From the human T2T-CHM13v2.0 reference genome, Homo sapiens, in assembly GCF_009914755.1 (NCBI RefSeq), contig NC_060934.1: a stretch of 64,000 bases of DNA; one strand, given 5' to 3'. Positions within the stretch are counted from its first letter, which is position 1. Every line of letters begins with the position of its first letter. Of the stretch, positions 44,976 through 58,854 are shown in pieces. The notes under the pieces are model-generated. The model was given only the letters and a program-made list of their open reading frames with translations. It was not told the DNA's origin and ran no database searches. Both the position numbers and the translations under genes were made by a program.

Positions 44976-46236
44976 TCTGTCACTAGAATGAGAAGAAAAG
45001 CCACAAACAGAAAACTATCTGTAAAACACATAAAGGACTTGTATCCGAATTTTGCAAAAATTTGAGTTTAGTCTTAAAACTAAAGAAAACTATTAACCCA
45101 GTTAAAAAATTGGCAGTAGGTCTGAACAGACACCTCACCCAATAAGATACACAGATGGCAAATAAGCATATGAAAAGATGCTATATGTCACATATCATTA
45201 AGGAATTGCAAATTAAAACCACCAGATACCACTAAACACCTCTTAGAACAGTGAAAATGCAAAACACAATACCAAATGCTGAAAAGGATACAGAACAACA
45301 GGAACCCATTGCTGGTAGAAACATGCAAAATGGTACAGCCACTTTGGAAGAGTTTGGCAGTTTCTTACAAAGCAATACAAGGTCTTACTATACAGTCAAG
45401 CACTCATACTCATAGATATTTACCCAAATGAATTGAAAACTTATGTCCACACAAAATCCTACACATGGATATTTATTTTGTCAGAGCAGAAGAACCACAC
45501 AAAATCCTGCACATGGATATTTGTCAGAGCATAAGAACTTGAGCACATGGCTATTTATAGCAGCTTTATTCATAATTGCACCAAACAAGAAGCAACCAAG
45601 ATGTCTTTCAGTAGGTAAATGGATTTTTAAAAAAGGTACATTCATATAATGAAATATTATACAGTGATTAAAAAGAAATGAGTAATGAATCTAGGAAAAC
45701 ACACGGAGGAACCCTACATGCATCTGCTGTGTGAAAGAAGCCAGTTTGAAAAGGCTGCATATTGTGTGATTCCAACTACATGACATTTTGGAAAAGGCTG
45801 AAACTATAGTGACAGTCAAAAGTCCAGGGGTCCAGAGGAGAGAGAAGGGATGAACAGCTAGAACACATGGGGTTTTCAGGGCAGTTAAATTCTTCTGTGT
45901 GACACTATATAATGGTGGTTAAATTATGCATTTGTCAAAACTCAACAATGTACAGCACAAAGAGTGAACCCTAATGTAAACTGTGGATGTTAATAATAAT
46001 GTATCCATATGAAACAATTGCTGATCCTTAAAAATGTACCACATTTTAGCTGTTACTTTTCCAAGCACAGCTATATTTAAAAAAAAAAAAAGACCACACT
46101 AACGCAAGAAGATGTTAATAATAGGAGAAACTGGGGGAAGGATGTTGAGAGGCTCTGGGGGAACTCTGTACTATCTGATCAATTTTCGGTACCATTTGAG
46201 CACTTTTAAATTGCTCTGTAAAATAACTTAAGAATT

Positions 46237-46765
<529 letters not shown>

Positions 46766-47711
46766 GACACATGATAAAAACAATCCAGTCAGAAAATAGA
46801 TATAGAGACATTTCGCTGAAGAGGATATAAAAAATGGCAGATATGCACATGAAAAAATGTTCCACAGTATTAGCCATTAGGGAAATAGAAGCTAAAACCA
46901 CATTGGGATATTACCACACACCTATCAGAATGACCAAAATAAAAAGTAGTGACAATACCAAATCATGAGGACTCAGAGAAACTGCATCACTCATATTTTG
47001 GTGGATGTGTGAAATGGTAGATTTGCTCTAGAAAAGAGTTTTGTACTTTCTTAAACTTCAGACTACCATATGACCCTGCAGTTGCCCTCCTGGGCATTTA
47101 TCCCAGAAAAAAATGAAGAGATGTTCACTCAACCACCTGTACATGACAGTTTATAGCAGCTTTATTTAATAGCCCAAAACTAGAAACAATCCAGATGTCC
47201 TTCAGCAAGTAAATCGTTAAACAAACTGGTGCATCCATACCACAGACTACCACTTGGCAATAAAAAAGGGATGAACTATTGATACATACAAATGGGATGA
47301 ATCTCCAGATAATTATGCCCAAAAATGAAAGTCCCAAAAGGTTATATATTGCTATTTCCATTTATTTAATATTCTTGAAATAAGGAAGTTACAGAACTGG
47401 AGAATAGATTCGTGGTTGCCGGGGTAAAGAAGGGTGCAATGGGAGGGAAGTGGGTGTAACTGTAAAAGGGAAACCTGAGTGTTCCTTGAGGTGATGAAAA
47501 TGTTCTGTATCTTTACTGGATCCATGTTAATATTCTGGTTGTGATCCTGTAATACAGTTTTGCAAGTTTTAGAAGGAAACTGGGTAAAGAATACATGGGA
47601 TCGCTCTTATTTCTTACAACTGTATATGAATCTATTTCAAAATTAATGTTTACTCAGACTATAATGTAGAAGTGGGGCCCATAGATCTTGGATGTTAAAT
47701 AAGGCTGTATA

Positions 47712-48033
47712 GGCTGGGCATGGTAGCTCATGCCTGTAATCCTAGCACTTTGAGAGGCCGAGGCAGGTGGATCACCTGAGGTCAGGAGTTCAAGACCAAC
47801 CTGACCAACACGGCAAAACCCTGTCTCTACTAAAAATACAAAAATTAGCCAGGCACGGTGGTGGGCACCTATAATCCTAGCTACTCGGGAGGCTGAGGCA
47901 GGAGAATGGCTTGAATCTTGGTAGGGGGTGGGAGCGGGGGCAGGTAGCAGAGGTTGCAGTGAGCCGAGATCACACCATTGCACTCCATCCTGGGCGAAAG
48001 TGCAAGACTCCATCTCAAAAAAAAAAAAAAAAA
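47712..48033 (+). mobile_element. Alu with a G-rich internal insertion
   Basis: Alu consensus plus ggtagggggtgggagcgggggcagg at ~47920-47945. Confidence 0.85.
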
Positions 48034-48479
48034 TGCTGTGTAGGCAAATCAGTATACGTACTGCAGGAGTCATTAGCTTTCAGTGTTTGATGCTCACTAC
48101 TCAAGAATCAACTGCAGAGATTAATGGATGAAATTTTTAACTTTATTTCTTTACTCCATGCCTTCTCCCAGATTGTCTAAACTTTTTTTTCAAAAACCCC
48201 TCTAGGATGTTGGTAGGCTTAAGGAAGAACAGAAAGGAACCTGAAGGTGGGGAGAGAATAAAACTGGGAGCAAGGAAATTGAAGTTGGGGTGATTGGGAA
48301 AACAGGCCAGCCTGGGTGGGCATCTGGTGGCAATGACAAGCCAGAAAGGAAATCTGGTTTTCAGGAGTATAAAAAGTGAATTATATGAAGGTTGCTTGGA
48401 AGAAAATTCCATTTTGTCCAATATCTGCTTTTAACTTTCACAGGGCTCCTGTTTTGTTTGGTTTTAGTGCTCCATTGAA

Positions 48480-49772
<1,293 letters not shown>

Positions 49773-49897
49773 TAATGAAATTGAGCAAAATGACCCTGTC
49801 TGTTTAAAAAGAGACCAGGTGCACAACTCATCACCTTAGGGTCTAAGACTTGCCAAGGGAGTTTTTCTTCCACTTACAAAGGGAGTCATTTGGTTTA

Positions 49898-50257
<360 letters not shown>

Positions 50258-50556
50258 TTAACAGCTGAGCCCAAACCAGCTTACCCAAAGGTTTGACCAG
50301 TAACAGCAAAGAAGAAAATGACATGACTTGGGCTGACCCGTGAGGGCCAGAATTAAATGTTGAGATGAGTGCTTTTGCAGTTACAGCAAAGTCCTCTTTA
50401 TCTAAATACAAACAATGCCCAAACCTCAATTTTATTCCCTTCATACTACTATGTAATGGGACTGAATATAGATAAATTTCAGTTACGTTTCAGTGACCAG
50501 CAGCACTCCAGCTTGTGGGGACCCACTTGGAACCCCAGACTTGATATGAAGATGAA

Positions 50557-50595
<39 letters not shown>
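50557..50595. repeat. (GAT)13 microsatellite at an Alu tail
   Basis: Counted directly; matches the poly-His and poly-Met runs in the ORF track. Confidence 0.92.
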
Positions 50596-50888
<293 letters not shown>

Positions 50889-50899
50889 TAAACTAAAGA

Positions 50900-51330
50900 C
50901 ATTTGAGATTCAACAGATGCAAAAGTGAGCTTTTTCAGAGCTTCCTTTATCTGAATAAAGGCAGAAACTTCTGAGAGAGAAGCTGCCGTAAATCCCCTCC
51001 CAGGGAGCTTTAGTGGGCAGAAAAGGGATGGAGACCATTGGCAACTGCATAAACAAACATCGCCAGAAACTTTCGTATCTCCTAAAACTCATTTGTATTT
51101 CCTAAAGAAACCACTTGATCTTCCCATAGATGCCCTTTTCTATGAGAGAGCTCCCCCTCTTTCCCTTATTGTTGGTTATATAAACCCCTATCTCTAATTA
51201 TGGAGGAAGAAGCCACTTTTGTGCACTTCCATGTGCGTATGGATCAACTTCGTCTTTTGTTAATTTTTAGTTAATTAGCAGACCTCCAATCAAACTTAGC
51301 TGGTAGAGGAAAGAGTTTTTCCTCCTGACA
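50900..51330 (+). mobile_element. Old ERV1-type LTR fragment (LTR37/MER92-like)
   Basis: tatataaacccc TATA-like element; 3' end ggtagaggaaagagtttttcctcctgaca. Confidence 0.4.
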
Positions 51331-52089
51331 ATCCTTTGAATGGCAGTAGGACCCACCAATTTGGGCTTTCCTCACCCCGTTAATCAATACCCTTTATAGA
51401 ACAGTTCTCGTTAAAATATTTTTAAAATCATATATTTAAAATTTGACTCCAGCGTGAGAGTGCTTATGTGAATATCGCTTCACATACATGTGCCAAAGGT
51501 CTAGTGAAACATCACCACGGCCCAGTGTTAAAGCTTAATGTCCATCCGCGCTGCTGGTGATGAGTTTTCTTTTTGGTAAAGCCGGGACCTTAGACATAAC
51601 CTCTGGCCACCTCATGGGGCCTGTCGCGCACAGCCATGCAATTAGCAAGCGGGGCTGCTGCAGACTTCAGGCACAGGGAACGCCAGGACTACCGACTGAT
51701 TTTCCCCGCTAGAAATAAACACTAGTAGTCATAATGGCACTATTTACTTACCTAGTCCGTCTTCACACCAACAGTTAGGACATCGGAACCTTTTTTCTTT
51801 TTTTTTTAAATCAAGGGACAAATGTGTGCTCCTAGTCAGACCGGCCGTCTGAAAGTAGGATTCCAATTGTGGCCTTAATGTATGTTATTATTTCTAATAA
51901 AAGCAGACTTAAAAGGGGCTCAAACACATTTTTCTCTCCATTTGGGCCAGGGGAGGGGGACCAAAGGGACCAGAGAGCTCCAAACGTTCCATCCGATCCC
52001 AGCGGCACAAGGGCTGAGCCTCCTGGTTTCCCTAGGTGAATAGGGGGCACCTGCTCCCTGCCAGGTGAAAGCTGGTGCTGAATAGAGCA

Positions 52090-52640
52090 ACGTGCAAAGC
52101 TGAGCCTCGCGCAGAGCCAGGAGCGACTCCCCCAGGGTGGGCCCTGAGCTGCCCTTCAGGCCCGGTGGCACGGAGGGGCGCGGGTCACCGGCCCGGGTGA
52201 GCTTACCTGCAGGGCTGCGGCCAGGAGGAAATGCGCCACCGCCCAGGCCAGGGCCCCTGGGTGCGGGAGGGGCAGAACGTGGGACCTGGAGCGGGGACCG
52301 AAAGGGTGCGGGCGGGAGACTATGGGTGGGGCGGCCTGGGAGGGAGCCTGAGACAAGACCCGACGCCCCCAGCCGCTCCACGTCGCTCTGCAGAGCGGCT
52401 CTCCAGCGGCCCCGTCCTCTTCCAGGCGTACTGGGCGCGCCTGGCCTCGACCGCCGTAGGAAGGCGCTGCATGGGCCTGAGGCACCGACACAGCGGTTTC
52501 CTATCATGGGGGTGATCGCCGGGGAGTTGAAAAATACCTGTGGCCAGACCCCAGCCTAACCCAAGTGAATCTGTCTCGGGGACCGGGCTGGGGGGACGCT
52601 GGTCCCTGCTTGTTCTGAAGGCCCCGCAGGGGATTCGCTG
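52090..52640. promoter_or_regulatory. CpG-island-like GC-rich segment (candidate promoter or enhancer)
   Basis: Abrupt GC/CpG enrichment in an otherwise CpG-depleted window; GGGCGG boxes near 52310 and 52329; not recognisably TE-derived. Confidence 0.7.
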
Positions 52641-53115
52641 GTGCAGCCACTTGTGATCCGTTTTCTAAATGGATTAGTCAGTACATGGCTTCTAGCACAC
52701 CCAAAATCGATAGGGATTTTTAAAAGACGCATTTTCTGAAAAATCGGAGAGCCAGGTGTGAAAGATAAAGCGAAGTGGCACACCTACCTTTCCACTGTTT
52801 TGGTTGCGATTTTGAGAATTGGTTTCATGTAGCAAGTCTGGCATAAAAACCCAACTGCACCTCTAAAAAGGTGTGTTCACATGTGTCAACAAATACTTTG
52901 TTGCAAATATACTTGCATGTTTTTCATAAACGAGTGTTACTTGTGTCAGAGAAAGGGTGAATTCTGCTGTACTTAGTCTGCTTTAAAGGGATTTGTCAAA
53001 AAAAAGAGTTAAGCAAATTGGAATGCACCAATGTTCCCAGATGTGAACCATATACTCCAAGTTATTCCTCAGCAAATGCAACGGATGACAAGTGTCAGTA
53101 CTTCATACAACTAGA

Positions 53116-53121
53116 TTTAAT
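53116..53121 (-). terminator. CPEB3: CPEB3 distal poly(A) signal ATTAAA
   Basis: TTTAAT on the + strand at the end of the AU-rich block. Confidence 0.5.
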
Positions 53122-54769
53122 AAGTTGTTATTACAGAAAAAAATGAAGTCCAAACTACAAAGTTTAAGCAGTTGTAAGCAGTAGCTGCATTGAGCTCCAT
53201 GTTTAGTCACAGTACTGTAGTTCCATACAAGCAATATTAGTCCAAGCCCCAAAGGCAGAAGCTGAGTAAGGGTTACTAGCAAAAAACAATCTAAGAGAAC
53301 AGGTAATAAAAGATACAATACATTTAAAATTAGTTGTTAGTTGAAAAACAAATACAGAGATCCTAGCTGTGAACACTCTAAAAGTTAAGTCCATTATTTT
53401 GACAGCAAAAAATACAAATACCTAATACTTTATACCCCAACAGAACTATATCCAGGAAAGAAAAAGAGCAGAAGTTATCCTGTGTTAGCACCCAAGTTTT
53501 CTACTTGTTGCAATTAACTTTGTCGTCATACAAATTTAAACATCCCCTAATCATGTAGCCACTTCTTGACCCATTTTGGGGTATAAAGTCAACAGCATTA
53601 ATTATAAAACACTCTGTGGTAAGATGGAACACTATTGCAGCTGAGATAGAGAAGTTTGGTTATTATAAAAGAAAAAAAAAAACAAATGTTAGCTGACATA
53701 CCATACAAGCTAGTGAAAAGCAACAATCCATTCAAATAAGCCAGTTTTAACAAAAAGATACATTTTTTTCACTAATCTGTGACTAATCTTTCACTCAAAC
53801 CTTGCAAGTAGAGATGTCACAATACTCAAATATTTAGGTAGGAGCTTTACCCAGTTAAATGCCATTTTTGTTGCTAATATAATAGATAAAATGAAAACTA
53901 GCAGTTATTTGCTAATTGCATAAATGCAGTACATTCTGCATTAGCCCATGCCTCACTAACAAGCTATAAAACACAAGATATAGGCAGAAATCTAAGCATA
54001 ATCTTTATACCACTAAGCAAGAATTTTCCACTTTTCTTCTGTTCCTAATCATTTATTTGTAGTTAATGTAAAATTCCAACCAGTAGTACCCAATTTGAGT
54101 TAAAATTTTACATCACAACTTGATCTAATCTATATATTATTTACAAAACTGAATACATAGAGCATACCCAAGACCAACTCTGGACACAAGTTTCTCTGAG
54201 TTATTGATGAACCTCGCCTCCATAGCGATGGAGCTGAAAGAGGCCATCAACCACTAGTAGAAACATATCATCTATCTGGATCAAGTCATTGGCTGTTCTG
54301 TTTACGCAACACCAGTTTTGCAGTTGTAGTTTTTGCTTTGACTGTAGGTGCTATTGCAATGACACATTAATGACTGTGCCTTAACTGCCCAGCTTCCAGG
54401 TGAGGAGGGTGTTGGAAAAGCAGCAGCAGAAAGGCAGACAGATCATGCACGCAGTTGCCACAATGAAAGGCAAGGGGCACCAGAACAGGAAGCAGGCATG
54501 GGTGTGGAGGAAGATGCAACCCGACACATAGTCAGGGTCCACAGACAGTGGTGACATCCGAGTGTGCTTCCTCAGTGCCACCAACTGAGCCTTACAGGGA
54601 GGCAGCATGAGTGAGACCCTGCAGGTGAGGTCTGCAGTACACCACGAAAGCCGTGTCCTCTTAGCAACTTCCTGTATGACTCCGATATCACCACTGTCAG
54701 TGCACATAAAAGATTCGGCCTGGGAGAAAGGCACTGTCTCACACAAGGACAGCAGTTGGTGGCAGTTTT

Positions 54770-54770
<1 letters not shown>

Positions 54771-54822
<52 letters not shown>
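54771..54822. repeat. (CT)11(CA)15 compound microsatellite in the CPEB3 distal 3'UTR
   Basis: Counted directly; reads (UG)15(AG)11 on the CPEB3 mRNA strand. Confidence 0.92.
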
Positions 54823-54825
<3 letters not shown>

Positions 54826-55072
54826 CATAATGACGAGTTAGAGGGGAAAAAGCAATGAAACATTCTGTTGACTTAGCCAGATTTTAAACCCAGTGGTACT
54901 TCGGTTGGGTGACTTCATTCTCAGGGCCACAGGTTTGGCTGCACCTGGTGTTGTATAAATCCACCGTGACATCCCTAGAGAACTGCACTGTGACATCCCT
55001 AGTCTTACACTAAACCACTGTGATAAAGGAAAAGGCTTCTCAAAATCTCACATGTTCTGCTCATTCTGTCAT

Positions 55073-55078
55073 TTTATT
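55073..55078 (-). terminator. CPEB3: CPEB3 proximal poly(A) signal AATAAA
   Basis: TTTATT on the + strand; downstream on the - strand is TGTGAGATTTTGAG (GU/U-rich). Confidence 0.6.
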
Positions 55079-56984
55079 ACCCAATTATCCATTACATTTC
55101 CAATCACTTTACATAACCAAGCATTTTCATCGTTGTCACACTATTGTAAACCACATCAGCAAGTTAATACATAAAGCTTTGCATTTCAAAAAACTAGACA
55201 CTTTAGTAACAATATTACAAAGGTTTTAGCTTCAAAAATAACTGAAAATGAAAAAAATAAACTTTTAAAGAATTAGCATCATAAAATTAATTTATTCCAA
55301 TAAAAATACAAAATAATATTATGACATTGACCAGATATGAAAGTCCCTCCCAGAAACAACTCTATTAATGATTGAGAAAGCACTCCTTAAAGAAAATACG
55401 AAATAAAATGAAAAATATGTAAATATGTTTAATTTTTTTCTTAGCAAAAAATCTTTCTAAAAATAACAATGAAAATTTGTCTCAGTACAAAGGCTACATT
55501 ACTATTGAAAAAATACCAGCATGAAGAAAAGGTACATATTTGACAGTAGAAAAATGATTTCAGTGAATCACAATGTCTAAAGTTTGCAATGAAAATAAAT
55601 CTGCAATAAAGATTTATGCCTTTTTTCTTTTCTTTTTTTTTTCTATTTTTTATACAAACAGTACAAACAGTATTGCACATAACAACAAATAGTCGAGGTT
55701 AGGTTATAGCCTTCAAAAAATCGACTAGTTCAAGTGTCACACCAAGGAAAGGCCACAGCAGGACCTGTGTTACCCAGGGGCTTCCCAGTCAAGTTGCAGG
55801 TCAGAACACCTCTGTGTTTTAAAAAATAATTTTTTTGAAGGACCCTCTCTTTTAATATAACATTAACAACTTGGGGGCACATTTATTTACAAAACAAAAG
55901 GGAACATGTTATAATTTAATAAACTAAAAAAGTTCTCTTTAAAAAAATACAAACAGAAGAACTCTTTCACAATCCTGGTCAGTCGCGCACAATCAACACT
56001 TGATTAGAAATATACAAATTAAGGGAAAGTAGTTTCCACCATCTATTCACAACTTTCAGCACCAAATGGAGTTTATTTTTTGTAACCTATTCTTCAGGAC
56101 AATGTTTTTTGCCTTCACTTTAGCTTTATGCTGTACAATCTTCCAGCTTTTAAAAAAATCTCAGTGTTATTTTAATACATGAAAGAGGGGTGCTTCTTCA
56201 AAAAGTTTTGCTTCTTTCACATAATTAGGTAGATTTCTGTAGGTTAGATATGATCTTTAATATTATAGTTATAAAGCTCTAACTTCTTCATTTTCAAAAA
56301 ACACAAATAAGCATGAAAAAAATAAAGTTACCCATCTGTTAAATCATTTTCTTGCAGAATTAAATTAATATATATTTTTCTGAATAAACTTACTTAGAAA
56401 ATATCATTTTCTTTCCTATATTTCAAAATTGAGGTATTGCAAAAGATCATGTCAGTCAGAAAGCATGCCTTTTTCCTTAAAAACAAAAAAAAAAATCTGC
56501 CAACTTTTGAAAACTGTCTAGAATACAAAAAGTAGTAGTGCATAACAAAATTTCTTGTACAGATGAAAAAAAACCCACAAACATAGAAAAAAACAAACAA
56601 AACCACACCTGGGCTGGAAAAAAGCAATTATTACCAAAAAGCCTCAAAAAGGGGAGGATTCTAAAATAAGCATTTTTAATCCAGTAAAAAACTATTTTGT
56701 TTTTCCTTTTTGAAAACAAACTATAGCTTGAGAGCCAGTAATTGCAACTAAACATGGGAGAACAAAACAAAAACAAGCAACACTAACTTAAGACAGTACA
56801 AGGACATCACAGCACAGAAAACACAGCGACTTAAATCTATTCTGCAGTGTCATATCCAGTCAGATTGTCCCCAGAATTCCAAAACATAGGAAGAAGATTA
56901 AAAAAAGATTTACATAGTCTTGCAATCATTGTGTGTGTTTATATATTACTATCTGCAGCCCAAGGGTGAATGCTAGAAAAATGT

Positions 56985-57046
56985 CCACGCTAGTGCTAGC
57001 AGGCCTTCATTCTAGACCACGCTAGTGCTAGCAGGCCTTCATTCTA
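56985..57046. repeat. Perfect 30-bp direct duplication (period 32)
   Basis: CCACGCTAGTGCTAGCAGGCCTTCATTCTA at 56985-57014 and 57017-57046. Confidence 0.95.
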
Positions 57047-58626
57047 CTCAAGCTTAACAGGATAAATCCAGGGAATTAAGTAGTTAGTTTCTCACTCAGA
57101 CAACCAACTCTGCCCAGGCCATCTTATTTTGTACAGACATTTCTTTAGCATCACCATTACACAACTTTCTTAAAAATGTGCCTAGTTTGTCAATCTGACA
57201 ACTTATCTCTATATCCTGTATATATTCTTAGTGTTTGTAAGCTAAGATGAGCTCTTTGGTTTTCTGGACAAGGTCTGAAGCTATGTAAAATGGTGCAAGC
57301 ACTAAGAGATTGTAACTAAGAGCTCATGTGTTAGTTTATAATATATCAGTTATGAACTGTCAAGTTCATTAATGTCTGACAGAGGCTTTAAACAGTTAAG
57401 TTTGATCACAGTTAGACATAATCACTTTACTATATAAAATAAATTTCACAATATATAACAGAGCACCGCAAAGTACTTCATCTACCATCCACAAATTTGC
57501 TTGAAGAATATCCTACACCTAGGTTTTATATCGGTTGTAATATAGGTCATTCTGTTATGGGCTCTTCCCATTCAGAGCATTCCATTTATTGAGGCATGCC
57601 TTCCTCCGGTCAATTACCAATTCTTTGAATGAAAAAAACTTTTTTTAAAAAATGAGTATTTTTATAGCTTATATAGATTCTTAATTTGTGCATTGTGGGA
57701 ACGTTTTATACTAGACATTGGATATAAAATTTATTGCATGCAGCAACCTGATTAAGTAAACATGCAGTCAGAAATAGTGACCTTCCACCGAAGCTTTCTG
57801 AAGTCTATTCTGATCTCCGTTCGGCAGCTGACTCTATCCCTAAAATCACAAAAGTGTGTTGTTGGGTTTTTGTGTTTAATTGATATCCTAGCCTGAATAG
57901 AGTATTATGGTATTAATAATACCATTTTAATAGCAGCAAAAGCTATTGCAGCATAAATTTACATAATACTAAAAGATCTAACCAAAATCCTCGGCAAAAC
58001 AAAAATCAAACATGAAGGAAAAATAAAAGATCCAGCTTATGAGGTATCCTTACAAGTCAAAATAGAGAGCAACTAAAGGCTTATTTTCATGAAGGGTTAT
58101 CCTTACTCTAAGTGACCCGAGCTAATGATTGCTGAATTGTTGTGAAGTTTTTGCTACATCTGCCACCTACTCACGAGTATTACCTTTGGTAAGTCTTGTC
58201 CTAGGGGCAACTCTCTAAGTTTCTGAAAATAAGTGCATGCTCCAGTTCAAAACAATCAGAACAACACCACAACAACAAACAAAAGAATCACAGACAGTAG
58301 CCTGACGGCCGCTGATGAGAATGGCAGTCTACATACTGTCACGAGTGACAAATCAGGTATAAAAAATTAAGGTACCAAGCAGACAAAGGTGTGAATCAAA
58401 GTGCAAATCAGTACCATTCTACACTCTGCAATTCTGCATTATACTGGACACTGAGTTCAGTAATATGACTGTAAATAATAATAATAATAATAAAAAGACC
58501 CAATTCTTCTTTAAAAATCGAGAACGAATGCACAGATTTCCAGAACACTGTAAGCCCTGAGGCAGTGCCCTCTCTTTTCCCTCCTTGTTATCTACTCCAG
58601 TACTTGTGGCTGGGTCGGCCCGTGGC

Positions 58627-58854
58627 TCAGCTCCAGCGGAACGGGACGTGACGAGGGCGGTCGCCTCCCTCCTTCACCAGCGGTTTGTGGAACTCCCGCC
58701 CGGCTCGGGAATGTATGCTCGCCCAGCAGTATTCACAGTAATACTGCAGACAGGTGACGTTGGCACAGAAGAACGGGGCAAACTTCCCACCACAGCGTGT
58801 GCCCTGGCACTCATCACACATCTGATCATCCAGCACATATGGCTTTACTTCAAC
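58627..58854 (-). CDS. CPEB3: CPEB3 terminal coding exon, ZZ-type zinc finger (VEVKPYVLDDQMCDECQGTRCGGKFAPFFCANVTCLQYYCEYCWASIHSRAGREFHKPLVKEGGDRPRHVPFRWS*)
   Basis: Minus-strand pyrimidine tract + cag acceptor at 58855-58857; 76 codons; CPEB2-4-type Cys/His pattern. The C-terminus VPFRWS and the convergent position next to BTAF1 fit CPEB3. Confidence 0.95.
   Translation of the reverse strand, partial: VEVKPYVLDDQMCDECQGTRCGGKFAPFFCANVTCLQYYCEYCWASIHSRAGREFHKPLVKEGGDRPRHVPFRWS

Larger units (their letters stand above)
53100..58626 (-). other. CPEB3: CPEB3 long 3'UTR with tandem poly(A) sites
   Basis: ~5.5 kb TE-free and U-rich on the - strand. Minus-strand AATAAA at 55882-55887, 55291-55296 and 55073-55078; ATTAAA at 53116-53121. 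Confidence 0.75.

Noticed and set aside
51920-52559. Overlapping 94-195-aa ORFs on both strands
   Set aside because: Stop-poor because of high GC content; no recognisable domain; open in several frames at once.
55751-55761. CPEB3 HDV-like self-cleaving ribozyme (GGCCACAGCAG resembles its 5' end; cagcagaattc near 13177 resembles the reverse complement of its 3' end)
   Set aside because: The matches are only ~11 nt, do not extend, and the first is antisense to CPEB3. The known ribozyme lies in an upstream CPEB3 intron, and this window holds only the last exon and part of the last intron.
58044-58051. GTATCCTT U12-like donor
   Set aside because: On the + strand, antisense to the CPEB3 3'UTR, with no exon context.
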